A stretch of 64,000 bases of DNA from the NCBI GenBank assembly GCA_964188305.1, contig OZ076893.1; one strand, given 5' to 3'. Under the pieces are notes generated by a model. That model searched no databases and had not been told where the DNA came from. It was given only the letters and a program-made list of their open reading frames with translations. This document shows positions 51,056 through 64,000 of the stretch, piece by piece. Every line of letters begins with the position of its first letter. The first letter of the stretch is position 1. Origin of the DNA: Podarcis bocagei (Eukaryota). A program made the translations under genes and the position numbers.

Positions 51056-52624
51056 AGCTTAAATTTACACCACATCTAAAACCTGCTCAGTGGTGGGGCT
51101 GCTGCTGCTGCTCTGTCTATGCCTGGCAGAGGGGAAACAAGGCTTCAAAATAGTGTTGTATGCCAGCTTGCCAGATCATGTGACAGAGCTGAATGGGCTT
51201 AGGATCCAGCCTGAATCCCCACTCTCTGGTACTGGCCCACCCCAAAAACGCCCCTATCTGAGGACTTACAGTGGCCTCAGCTCAGCCAGCTGAGCCCCAA
51301 CTGTGCTGGGGTGAGCAAGCTATGCTGCCATGTCTTTGGCTGAGCTAAGGATTGAGACTTAACACCAGCTGAACCAGCGATCCACTGCATCATAAGGTGC
51401 CCATCCTGGCAGATCTTGCCATAGAATTGCCTCCCTCAAGTGTATTCATAGCATTATGAAGCAACCCGGACAGTCACTTTTATGCTTTCTGCCTTTTGTA
51501 GGCAAGAAAGTCTTATTTTTTCAGCTTTCTTAATTAAATTTCTTTATGTTTTCAGCTCCCCCCCCCCGTATCTTTTTGGGTGTCCCATGATTCTTCCGGA
51601 CTTGCTTTTTCATGCATACCTCCTTTTTGTTGCCCTGCAAGGAATGGATAAGTCTTAATATGTAGGACCAGAACACAGCGTGAATTGTGTGGCACGGCAA
51701 TGCTTTGACAGCTGTCACAAGGGAATAAAGGTTCACCACACTGTGGGCTTTTGAGAGTTATTGACACATGAGGAAAAATGAGGGATTCTCAAGAGCAAGA
51801 GACAGGCAGCCTTGTAATGCTCACCAGAAGGACTATAATGAGACAACAATGCCTAACACAATAATGTGAAAATGTTAAGCTAGTTTAATGACTGTCAAGA
51901 GTTTTAGCCTCTTTACTTTTGAAGTCCTGAAGCTTTAATCAGGACCCCTGTATTTTAATATACAATTGAGAAATAAAAAATCAGCAGCAGCAGCAGCAAC
52001 AACAACACATTGCACTGGTGCTTTCGTATTAGTTTAGTACTAGCGGTAAAGTGAAACATAAAACATAATGGGTTTATTCTAAATTCAGACATTAAATATC
52101 TGACCCCTCTTCTTTTCATCAACAGTACACAGTGCCTTCAGTTTACAGGTTCCTTGTGATCACAGTTAACTCCAGAACAGATCATTTTAGATAGATGTGA
52201 AGAGAACCCTAAAAGTAGAACCCTGGCAATTGACATCACAGTAGTTCAGCCAATGGCTAGTACAGTCTCACAGATGGATAAATGAACATACTCAACAGAT
52301 GAAATACACGAGTACCACATTTTCATTTGTGTTAAGTGTTATAGTTGGCTGAAACAACTTGGATGAAGTAGCTTTGTGTCTGCTTTATAGAATGATCAGA
52401 AATGCTAAAACGACTGCATTCTTTTTATCAATGTGTGTAGGATTTATAATAATGTACTGGTATATATCTACATCTACATCTATGCGTTGTGTTCAGCTAA
52501 AACTGCAATCCTAATCACATTTATTTGGGAGTACCTCCCTTTGAATTCAATAGGATTTACTTATGAGTAGACCTGTTTGGGATTGTGCTGTAATTCAGAG
52601 CAGACCCATTGAAATCAAGCAGCT

Positions 52625-52845
52625 TATTTTTATTTGTTCATTCATTTGTTTGTTTTATTGCATTGATATTCAGCCTTTTCCTCCCAGGAGCTCAAGGTGG
52701 CATGCATGAGTCTTTCTTCCTTATTTAATCCCCACAACAAATCTGTGAGATAGGTTAGCCTGAAAGGCAGTGAATGGCCCAAGATGAAATTTGTGACCAA
52801 ATGGGGATTTGAACCCTGGTCTCCCAGGTCTGAACCCAACATTCA
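52625..52845 (-). mobile_element. Older MIR-like CORE-SINE
   Basis: ggggatttgaaccctggtctccc (B box, reversed), ccccacaacaa..tgtgag CORE-like segment and an A-rich tail. Confidence 0.72.
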
Positions 52846-52971
52846 AAACAGTCATGGCCACTGTTTTCAACAGGACTCCTCTAGTTTGAATCAGTTGTTA
52901 CTTACAGCTTTGCTTGCCTATCTACTCTTTTTTTAGCTTGTTACTGCCACTACAGGTTGTATACATATGTA

Positions 52972-53151
52972 CAGTGTTGTCTTTTTTGGGGGGGGGTACG
53001 CAGGAGTACGCATATCCCTAAACATTTTGTGAATCTTTTTTACTTTTGTCCATTTACTGTATCTATTTTTTCCGATTTGAACTATAAAATGGAGATTTTC
53101 TTGAGTCAAAATGAGAGTACCCCGAAACATTTTTTTAAGAAAAAAGCAGTG
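52972..53151. mobile_element. hAT-type MITE
   Basis: Ends cagtgttgtctttt / aaaaaagcagtg. 8-bp TSD catatgta (52964-52971) / catatgca (53152-53159). Confidence 0.7.
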
Positions 53152-53959
53152 CATATGCATGTTTTTCTAAGTGATATAAATCACAGACACTTGACTAGAT
53201 ACACACAAATGTAAGGAGAGAGAGAGAGAAAGAGAATGCAATTTACAAACCGCTTAGCTAGAGAGGTGCTTCCACATAAACTACATTTCATTTATTTAAA
53301 TAGAAATAACCTGTATTTTGATATAAAACACACACACAAGTTTTCTTACGTAAGTGATTCGTGCATCACACCCATAATTACTGAATGCAGAGAGTTAAAT
53401 TTACATATCGCTGAAGTAATTTGCGATATTATGTTGTAGACAGTCACTGTGCTTAAGACTAGCGAGGTTATTGAGTAAGTTCTTTTCCTACTAAATCTTG
53501 AACTTCATTTTAATTCCCCCCCTCATTTTACTTTCAGCTGTTTTAATGCCAGTACTTATGAATATTTTATTATGCTTACTTTACGCCCTGAATTAATACT
53601 TGGTTTACTTTTGACAACAAGCTTGTTAAATATTTGAACACGGATGCAATGCTGTAATGAAAGCTACTGGCATGGATCCCAAAGGCTGTGCCGTGAGGTT
53701 CTTGGGCACAGCGGGGATTCTACCCCCTTTCCTTTTAGAAGCCGCCTCTCTCGCAATATGACAAACCAGCAGAGCTTCAGAAATTACTGTTGCCTGTTTT
53801 TCATACCTCTTGGTAACTAGCGCAATATCAGACCATCTTCCTAGGTTGATATTGCACACAATTAAGATCACATGGGGAGAAACAGCTCTTCTGGGCATGC
53901 TTATCTAGCCCTTCTGCTGCACCCCATGCTGCCCCCATCCATAGGTGCCAAGGAAAAGC

Positions 53960-54300
53960 CTAAAGGGAGGAATCTTGCCAAACTTTGCAGGTAGTCTCAT
54001 AAGGGTCAACTACCAGTAGGGGGAGCCCTGTTGATTGTACGTCAACTGCGAGCTCCCCCAGGGTCACCGAAGGGGTTGTGGCATGGCCCTAGCTCATACC
54101 CGGGCTTTGGACAGGATCCACGCCCCTGGACCCCTTTAACGGAATACCCTTAAAGAGGAGAGGTAGGTGGCGGCCACAACCTCCCCTCCCATAAACCAGG
54201 TTTACCAATGCCTAACCACCAAACCTTATAAAGATGTGACGATTGCTACAAGGCAGGCAAAAACCACATGGCTGGTGCCAGTTTGCCAAGTGGGAAAATT
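53960..54300 (-). mobile_element. Second, diverged copy of the same LTR-like family
   Basis: The reverse complement aligns by eye to 17685-17990. Boundaries are approximate. Confidence 0.6.
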
Positions 54301-56416
54301 CCTACCTGGCCCCCTCAACAGGTGACCAACAGTAGTCCCTTGCAAGGCCAAGATGGCGAACGCATGAAAATAGGGTGGGAGGGCAGGGGATCCGACTTAT
54401 AAAACTGTAAATATTTCCATCGGCGGTCAGCATTTCACAAGATGGCACAGCCTGAGGTTCTCAGCTACCTTATCATTGTCATTCCTTGGAGCATAATTTC
54501 TTTCATAGCCGTTCTGGAAAAGCAGGGATAGAGAATTTCATTGGTGGCATAGAGTTCTCCTCAGACATCGTCTCAGGTCGGCAGACAGTTCTCAGCTATA
54601 AAGGTACATTAGGAAGATGCTTATGGGTCTCAAATTCCAGGGGCTGTCACATCAGCTATGGAGGTGTTTTGAGGAAGGAGTAGCAAACTTTTGAAGGAGA
54701 CGCACAGAGACAGCTGCATTGCAGAGGACAATGTTGGAAGACTTTGGGTTCAAATTGGCCACTTGTAATATATGCAGAGATGTAAAGGTGCTGTAAAGGA
54801 AGCAGTACTTTACCCCTCACAGAGCTACAATTTCCAGCACTCTTAAACTACATTTCCCAGAATTCTTTGGGGGAATCCCCATGCCTTAATTTTACCCAGC
54901 CCTGTGTGTTTCAGTTTCCAGATTATACAGACAGTCTAGGTACATTCAGCAGGCTGGCTCTTTCACTGGTGCCAGCGTTATACATTCATTTCCCCTTATT
55001 CCTCTACGCCCAATCTGAGCATCTTCCAAAGGGGTGAACTGGGGAAAGGGAGTTGCTCTCCCTTCTTGCATCTGTCACTACTACCTCACTTAGAGGGTAG
55101 TGAAAAGGCAGTGGCAACAACAAAGGAGAGTAGCTACCTTGTGGGGCTTCCACAGTTCTCACTGGGCCCTTTGCTGGAATGGGATCATCAGCAAATACCT
55201 CAAAATGCCCACCCTAATGCTGATTTAGCTTTTCTTCTGGAACCAACTCTGATCCTATGCATGGGAAATGAGCCTGGCTTATGTGGCTATATCCTTTAAA
55301 TGAAACCCATTGCTATGTGGTTCACGGCAATGTATCTCCATCACAGATTTGTCCATGTCTGAGATGCACCGGAGTATCTACAGTTCTCACTTGATTTCTA
55401 TGAACGTATTTGCTGCTGCAGGAATATCCCTTCTGCATTTTTTAAAAAGGCACGTTTTGCAGTAAGATCACAGGAACACATCAATTTGCCATGCATAGCT
55501 AGTTCTTAGAGCCATTAATTGTTTTAAGGAATAATTTCAGTGTACAGAGCAAGTTAGCTTGCCAGAGATATAGTTACTGGTTTAGTGTACTTACACAATG
55601 CCACAAGCCCAAGGGTTAGAAGGGCGATTGCCCATCCAGCCATCTTGCAATGGTATTTTTGCCGATTGTGGGGTTTCTTGGGCACTAGGAATTGGAGCAA
55701 GAGTAGCAATTTGTCTCCCATTATTGTACACTGCTGTCCCCCTTTTAAAAAGGGCCTCCATTTTACTTCTTGTGCTGTTGATTTGTATGTAGTTTCGAGG
55801 CACATGAGGCCAAGGAAGTTGATAAAGACAGGAATTGCCTCAGCATGAGGAAAATTGGATGTTGGAACTGTTAGGGAACAGATAGATCACTTGCTGTCAG
55901 GCAAAACCTTTATTGGTGTTTATGTGAGGGTTTATTTCCCTTCCTTTCCCCACCAGAGAGAGATAAATACCTTTTAGTTTTCTGTCATGACTGATGTGGA
56001 GCAAACCCAGCTCTTTAGTTTCCATGACAGGCAGCAAACAACTATTGGCCCTTTATCTTGCTTGGATCTCAAGCAGCTGACTTGAAATCAGATTTGGTAA
56101 CCAAAAGGAAAATATCCCCTTCCTTTCCGTTTAATGTTACCATTTATAGTTATTCACTTTGAGCTCCTTCTTTTATCCTGCGCATGGAAATGTAACTATC
56201 AGAACTCTTAACTTCTCCATTTCTTCACATTTCTTTTACCCTCCAGTTTTGTTTTGTTTTATTTATTTTATTGCACTTTGTACACGTTCTAGGGCTAGGC
56301 TGTTGGAAAAAACAATCCAGTGAGACTTATGGAAAGCTAGTTAGGCCTGACAACTATCCTTATCACATAATTAACAATACATATTAAAACCAGAATCAAA
56401 GAGCAGGAACATTTTC

Positions 56417-56470
<54 letters not shown>
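56417..56470. repeat. (AAT)n microsatellite, L2 tail
   Basis: Seen directly. Confidence 0.95.
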
Positions 56471-56825
56471 TTATTATTTATAGCCCGCCCTTCTGGCTGG
56501 GTTTCCTCAGTCACTCTGGGCAGCTCCCAACAGAATTAATTATGATAATAATTAAAAAAACAATAAAACCACAAACATTAAAAACTTCCCTAAATAAGGC
56601 TGCCTTTAGATGTCTTCTAAAAGTCAGATAGTTGTTTATTTCCTTGACATCTGGTGGGAGGAGGTTCCACAAAGAAGACCCTCTGCCTGGTTCCTGGTAA
56701 CTTCACTTCTCGCAGTGTGGGAACCGCCATAAGGTCCTTGGAGCTGGACCTCAGTGTCTGGGCTGAAGGATGGGGCTGGATATGTTCCTTCAGGTATACT
56801 GAGCCGAGGCCGTTTAGGGCTTTCA
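56471..56825 (-). mobile_element. L2 LINE 3' fragment
   Basis: KALNGLGSVYLKEHI in a minus frame. Same 3'UTR as 8652-9135, followed by an (AAT)n tail microsatellite. Confidence 0.85.
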
Positions 56826-59800
56826 GTGGGTGCATTTCCTGGTAGCATAAATGAGGATAGTCATATGTGGGTAAGAACAATGTGAGTAATAAAGAATTTA
56901 GTTATGGCAAAGGAGCAAACGGAAAAGGGCTTCAGGGCCAACACCTCTGGAACTGCCTCAAGTGATATATAGCTGCACCCCACACCATAAATCATACATT
57001 GGCATGGAAGTCTACCAGGGTGGGAAGACTTTGAATGGAGACCTTTCTGGGACCCAGGGAAACCTCCACAATATCGAGAGCTACACATAAAGGTTTATTG
57101 CCTTTGATGTCCATGCTAACATGTGAAGATGGGGCCAGCAGGTGAATCTGTCTATTTTGGTTTCCCTTGGTTTCTCATGTTTTCAATGTCTGGTTCAGTT
57201 CTTCACATTTCCTCATCAGGTTGTTGTTGTTTTTGAAGTTGCCATGAAAATTCATCAGCGAATTTCTCCTAGGATACACATATTTGTATGCAATTTTGAA
57301 TAAAATAAACACATTTTGCAAAGCAATTTCCCCAAATGTAACACATTTTTAGTGTTATTTTCATGACTATTTTTTAAAAATGCACACTTCAGAATATGCA
57401 TTCTTGCAGACATTACTTGGCTGTAAAATTGCATTGTAAAATTCGGAGAATTTCTACTTTTGAAGCATGGCTGTATTTAGACTCATGTATTGTTTCAGAA
57501 ACTTAGAATTAGGTAGGTTTGCCTTTGAATGCAAATTGAATCATATCTCTGCCCCATCTCCAGCAGGAAAAGAAGGAAAGATGCAACCTCATATCCCTCT
57601 TCTGTATGCTTTGCCGCTTCATACATACAATGCATGGAAAGAGCTATAGCTGCCTGTAATTTGCATGTATTAGAGCAAACCTGATGGCAGCGTAGGGACA
57701 GTAGTATTCTTGCATTCATAATGCATAAAGCAGTCATAGTTGTGCACCCTTTGTTTAAGTATCTGCTAACCTTGATTCTAAATGATAGTCACAATTTATA
57801 AAAGTAACAGGCCATTGGCAGTACAAAAGTCATCAATTAATGCCGAGTTTTGAAGGGGGGAAGGAATAAATATTTCCCTAACAAAAAAGTCCACTTTGCT
57901 TGTTTTATTGTTGTTGCTGTGTTGTTGTTGTTGTTGTTGTTGTTTTTAAAAAAACAAGCTTGGACATATATTTCCGGTAGTGCTAACCAAGATTAGTAGT
58001 CTTTCATATTACTGTTGAAATTGTGAAGTTTCACAGAACATTTTAGGACAGTAGCATTCATCAAAGATTCCCATTCAAAAAAATTTCCTTTATGCTGTTG
58101 AGAAAATAGGGGTGGCTTGCTGCCCTCAGGCAGACTTATATGCCTTGCTGTTCACTAAAATTAGATTCCATAAACCCACAGGAGGTCAGGGTCACCCATT
58201 GGCTTTTTAATTCCTTGTGGGCTGGAGTAGAGGATGACTCATATTTCGGGATTCTTCTGCTGAACTGCCTATGCGTTAGTATAAAAATATTTTTGGTAAA
58301 ACTTTTTTAAACTCCCAAACAATAGTTTTCAGAAACCAGAGGTATCTATGATTTAATCTAATGCTAGATTGAGCCACAGCAACAACTCTGACAAGTATTT
58401 GACAATATTGGTTTTAACTTAAGAGAAAATTGACCATGAATTGATTTCAGAATGTACACAATGTGAGGAATAGGAAGGCGAATGCACAAATGGATTAAAA
58501 AGGGAAATACTTAGATATAGCAAGGCAGATCAATTATTGTAAGCAAGCTATATTGCAGTTTTCATAAAATGTGGCTTTGTTTTTAAAAAAAGTAAGAGGG
58601 GAAGAAAATGTGTCACATGAACATTTTAAAGCCAATTTACATTTAGCGTTACACAAGCTTTTCTCACTATGCTATAAATCAATGATATTTTTCTTAATTA
58701 TCATTACATCATTTACTCTGTTAGATTCTCCTGAATTCTCCTGTAGAGTGCAACAGCACACTTTTCTATATAAACATGCACTATTGCCCCACCCAGTGGC
58801 CACCTTGTAAATCATCAGCTTTGCTAATCTTACAAATTGCAACACCCCTCCCCCCCAGCTAAATTTGTAGGTACTCTCTACTGAAATTTAAACAATGGCA
58901 GAAGAAGGCTTAGCTTGCTAGCATCATTGTCATCAGTGCTGCTGTTGTACTTGAGAGCACAATCAGACAAAGTCACCATCTCTGGACCACCAGTAGGGCT
59001 GTGATAATTGTTCTCTTTATAAAAGCCACTGTTTGAATTCCATCTCACTGAAGAAATCCACTAGTGTGATCTAGAGAGAGAACAAAGTGTTGTACTGTAC
59101 AAATGAAGAAATCAGGCTATTCTGATGGGAAATGGCTCAGTTCTCAGTGGCTCTGTGGAGCAAAGTAAAGGATCTGTAGTTTGAGATAAAGCTGTGAACA
59201 CAGGATGAAAACAAAAGATGCACCATAGTAGAAGAAAGTAGGTTTAATAACCTTTCATCTTAATGCACTGCTTTACTTTCCCCCATGTGGCTGTAAGGGA
59301 AGAGGCAATGATCTCTCATATAAAAAGTGGCACATGGGGATGTGCATTGCACTCCCATAAATCAATATCCAGACCTTCCAACACACACCTGCTGCCCATG
59401 ATACTGAGGTTATGATATATATAATATACAATGCACATAGATCCAGACTCTCAAGGGGAGATGGGAGAAACAGACCACAAAGCCATATTTCCCCATACGC
59501 CAAGCTTAAACCGTGTGTGACAGTGCTGTGGAAACACTTGAATGGTCGCTATAAAAGATGAGGGAGGAATGTGGTCTACAATACTTGGATGTTTAAGTAT
59601 TGGGTACTTTATCATTAAGTTGCACAATCAACTATTTTTTTCCCCTCTCAGTTGTCTTTCTAGCCTCAATTTTTTTCTTGGTGTTGCTTATTTCCCCCAT
59701 TCCATTTTCAAGGCCACCCTAAAAAAATACCCCACACACATATACTATCTAATTATGAGATGCTTTCATTTTGAGAAGATCAAGCTCCTCAAAATCTTCC

Positions 59801-60187
59801 TTTATCCCAATAGTGTGTTTTTCTGATTCTTTTGGAAGTATTCTCCAACATTCATCTACTCTGGTAAAGTGAACTGTGCCTTGTTATGGGTGTTTCATGG
59901 CTACAATTCTCACTCACTGGGTTCTCTGCAGTGTATCTCTTATCAGTTTGATTCTTTCTTTGACGGAGCATCAATATTGTTCATTAGTAAAGTCTGGAAA
60001 CCATACACAGCATGGAGCTGCAAACATGTAATAAGATATGCCATTTTTGAGCTCAGGGTTGGGGAACAATTTTGGCCTAGCAGGCCAGATCTTTACCTCT
60101 TCCTACCTCCCTGGGCCAACTTTGACAGGTGGATAGGGTCATCTACCTGTCCATCATCTGATGCCAAAGGTTTCAACTTTGGCCAGA

Positions 60188-60284
60188 GGGTTTGGGAGAA
60201 AATAGTGGAAAACAGGAGTACTTGGTGTGCTCTGGTCCATGGGGTCATGAAGAGTCGGACACGGCTAAACGACTAAACAACAAC
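60188..60284 (+). mobile_element. Bov-B (RTE) LINE 3' end
   Basis: tggtgtgctctggtccatggggtcatgaagagtcggacacggctaaacgactaaacaacaac. Confidence 0.85.
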
Positions 60285-62868
60285 GAAGTGACCAAAGAGG
60301 ATTGACCAAGTTGATGGTGGTACAATCCTGCTTTCCATCTGCAGGGATCAACTGCGCATTATCGGTTCCCTGTGGGCAATTAGAATCCACAGCCAAACTG
60401 AGCAGATGCGTGGGAGTTCTATTCTGCTTCCTGCAGAGATTGACTATGTGTACCACTTCCCTGCAAGAAGTTAGCTAATATATACCACATTACCTAATAG
60501 AAGCTACATTTTCTATCCCATGAGTTTGTATGAAAAATCATAGCGTACTTTAAAGCAGGAGATTATTTTTGCCTTTTTTCCTATCCAGAACTATAAAACA
60601 AAATAAAATCCTGGGTATGGAATATTGGACGTGCAGCTGACATAGCAGTGCTATCACTTACACATTATGTGAACTATCGCTTTTTATTTTCAGTGACATT
60701 TCAAAAGAATTTCAGACCCATCATAGAAGCTTCCATCTCCCTTTTTAGAAGTGTCCACACATTATAAAACAAACATGTTCCCAAAGAGTTAAATTAATTT
60801 GAGTTACTTTAAAGCCAGCGCATTTGTCCAGGGCAAGTTTCAGGGGGTTTGTCAATTTTAATTAGAAATGGCACAATGACTGTGCACAATGTAGCAGATT
60901 ATCAGGGCTACTTGTTAAATTATTAAAGGCTGGCTAAGCTTCGGAATGGAGTTAGTGTCCAAATTAGTAAATTTGATAGTACATGCTTGCAAAAGAAAAT
61001 TGCTTTTCCTTCCCTTACTCTCATTTTGCAGATTGTGTTTTGAGCCTTCAGAACTTCCAAGCTGTAAATCTCCTGATAATTTCGGAAAATTAAATCTGGC
61101 TTTATAAACAATACAACTGAGTGAAATGCCATGCCCTTTTATATCTCTCTTTATCTACTTTTGATGCTTCCTACTTTTGTTTTAGAGTCATAATATTCCC
61201 TTTGCTGCAATATACCACATTTTCAGTGCAAGGTTATATATCATGGTAGACTAAAAAGGAATGCTAAACTAAAAGAGATAACTCACTCGTTGAAAGCATA
61301 GCACACCAAAGAGATTATATAGGATCCAACTGCTACTGGTTGACATAGAGTGGATACAGAAAACCACGGAAGTGAGATAATATGATATTCACATTGATTC
61401 TTGGTAAGCCAATTGTCTTCATTATCCTGACACACTGTTAGTCTTTCACACCCAAGTCCTATTATTGGAGGCAGAAAAAGAGTCAGCACATAGGCTAAAG
61501 GTGTTCAATAGACATCAAGAGTATGGTCTCTTAGTTGCGGAGGCCAGCTAGCAAGCCTGATCCCTGAGCCTTTGTAAGGGTCAGGAAGTACCACTTGACC
61601 TCCATCAACCTATTAGGAGGCTTCCTCACTGGTATGGCTGGTGCAGTTCTATCCATTGTGTATAACTCAGTGGCAACTCACAGGCTGAAATTCTACTTGA
61701 TACCCTTCACGCTGCCCTTTCAACAACTGGAATGTCCTTTACATATGGCAAAGATGGGTCATAAAATTATCATCGCTATCCACTGCTATGTTCTTCAGAT
61801 TGTAGTCCTGTTTATTGATGGGCTCCCCAAAGGATGAACCAAATTTCCTTATGGATATGACCACTTTTCTCAGTCCCTTACCCTTCAAGGACAAGGTGTG
61901 GCACTTTCTTGCACTTCAGACTCAACATTCCCTCATCGCTCAAGAGGATTAGGAGATGAATATGGACCAGCTGCCCCTCCCTATCTTTTCAACCTAATAA
62001 TTCAGAAACAATAAACTGTTCCTCAAACAGCTCAAGGTGAAAAGAGAAAGAGAAAGGAGCATGAGAGAGAAAGGAGACTATCACATCCTTCTTTCTCTGC
62101 TTCTATCTTCCCTGTATATTTCATGAAGCATGGAGAAGGGGAAGGGAGGTTGCTGGTAAATCCTGGTTTACAGCTACTTTGCATCAGTGGAGCATCTCAG
62201 AACAGCCAAAATGAATCACTAAATATAATTGAGATCTAAAGCATCACTATATATAATGCATTTCAGAAATGATTGTGTTCAGTGATCTCAGTGATTTACA
62301 ATGTAAGTCTTGGCTGTTTCCTTCAGATTTGTATCTTAGAAACAAATGTCTTATGCCTTATTTGCCAACACTATATGCACAAGTAAATATTTGTTTTGAT
62401 GCATAAAGAAGCTACTTTTTCCTCTCCCTTTTTTGCTATCTGCACAACATCCATTTAAAGCACATTATTTACCAGGGTGTGGAAATTGTTCTCTCAGGGG
62501 TAAGCTACGCAGTATTCTTTGGAGAAAGTCATGTGCTTTAAGTGTGCTTTTAAATGTATTGTGTCTATACAGCCACAACAACCATTTCCAAAAATGGTTT
62601 GGTTCTTAATTCAGGACCAAATTCCAGGTCCTTAATTCCAGTGGTGTTTCATAATTTACATTATACTGACAAAAAAGTACATCAAAACCATAATTCAGAG
62701 AGGTTTAATTTGAAAAATAATTAAACTACTTTCTTTGAAAGGAAATGCAAAGGTAAACATTGGACAATGTATGACTTTTCTTTTTCATTGTGTTAACTAA
62801 AGAGTCATTTATGAATAGACCACATTCTCAATAACTGAAGAGCACTTAGTATTTTCTTGTGACTGATA

Positions 62869-63114
62869 CAGTGGTACCTCAGGTTACAGATGCTTCAGGT
62901 TACAGACACTTCAGGTTACAGACTCCACTAACCCAGAAATAGTACCTCGGGTTAAGAACTTTGCTTCAGGATGAGAACAGAAATCCGGCGCCGGTGGCAC
63001 AGCAGTAGTGGGGGGGGGGAGGCATTAGCTAAAGTGGTACCTAAGGTTAAGAACAGTTTCAGGTTAAGAACGGACCTCCAGAACAAATTAAGTTCTTAAC
63101 CCGAGATACCACTG
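62869..63114. mobile_element. Tc1/mariner-type MITE
   Basis: TA|cagtggtacctcaggtta ... taacccgagataccactg|TA. Confidence 0.9.
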
Positions 63115-64000
63115 TATTTAGATTTTGCCTAAATACAATTTACATCACAAATAATCAAAATACCTCATCCTTCACTAAAGATACTCTTGGGTGTTGAGTT
63201 TGACAAAGGGGGCCCTATTAGCAGTTTCACTGCCCTCAAATTATTATTTTTTTTTGGGGGGGGGATGGAATAGCAGCCCAGGAGAGGGCAATTTCTGTGG
63301 TTGCCTGTAATATGTGGGATCCCCTCTCCACAAAGGCTCATCTGGCACCTTCATTATGCATTTTTCATAAGATGCTGAAAACACATCTCTTTAGGCTTTT
63401 GCAAACTGATGTGCACACTCTCTCTCACACACACACATGAAAACAGTTATAGGCTGTTTACACATCACTCTCCCCTAACAGGAACTGATGCTTATTGAGT
63501 AGGGGAGAAAGGGAGAGGAAGGCATAGTACAGCTCCCGCACCTCTCAGGTGGGTGCCATTGCCATTCTCAGAGAACAAGGGAGAAGTTCATGGTGAGTGT
63601 TGACACCTCTTTTTCTAGAAAAATAGCACTGGTTAGAGGGACGCAGGGACCTGAACTTCCAGTAACATGTTGAAATGTTGTACTGAAGGGAAGGCCCCTT
63701 GGGAATTCGGGACTCTCTGTGACGTATTGAGAATACGCAATGACTAGAGATTTTGGGATGGTCTTCTTATTTTCAGGGCACTTAGGGTCTATGCCCTTAT
63801 ACACACATTCTCTTGAAAAGAATCAGAAACATTAGTCAGAGAAAGCACACAAAAAAGCTAGTATGAACTCAATAGGGCTCACTTCTGAGTAGACATGTAT
63901 AAAATTGCAGTTAGCTTCTTGTAATTAACTCATTTATAGCTAGGAATGCAGATTCATCAGGAAAGAACATGACTGGCAGTAAAACAGGAAGTCTGCATGG

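Overview
Vertebrate genomic DNA, almost certainly from a squamate and probably a lacertid lizard, judged by a young full-length Sauria SINE, a Bov-B tail, a MIR-like CORE-SINE, and L2/CR1 and MITE fragments. The window holds the 5' end of cadherin-7 (CDH7) on the minus strand. This comprises a CpG-island promoter (~36.4-37.9 kb) with paired CCAAT boxes and GC boxes, one or two non-coding first exons, and the first coding exon (CDS 25834->25625: signal peptide, RTKR furin site, SWVWNQF type-II cadherin N-terminus). More than 25 kb of intron runs off the left edge and about 26 kb of upstream DNA lies to the right. No other real gene is supported, and nearly all ORF-track entries are chance or repeat-derived. 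Three observations stand out. (1) A ~1.2 kb chain of long, overlapping, stop-poor minus-strand frames at ~1.5-2.75 kb resembles hepadnavirus core and polymerase by eye; it is an unverified candidate endogenous hepadnavirus fossil in the CDH7 intron. (2) A 1.16 kb non-coding, 5'-intact, L1-mobilised retroelement with a 17-bp TSD and YY1 plus CTCF-like sites lies ~4 kb upstream of the promoter and points at CDH7. (3) An RTE insertion is flanked by ~85-bp direct repeats, and the CDH7 5'UTR has alternative acceptors and a uORF-bearing cassette exon. All family assignments come from recognition, not from database searches.
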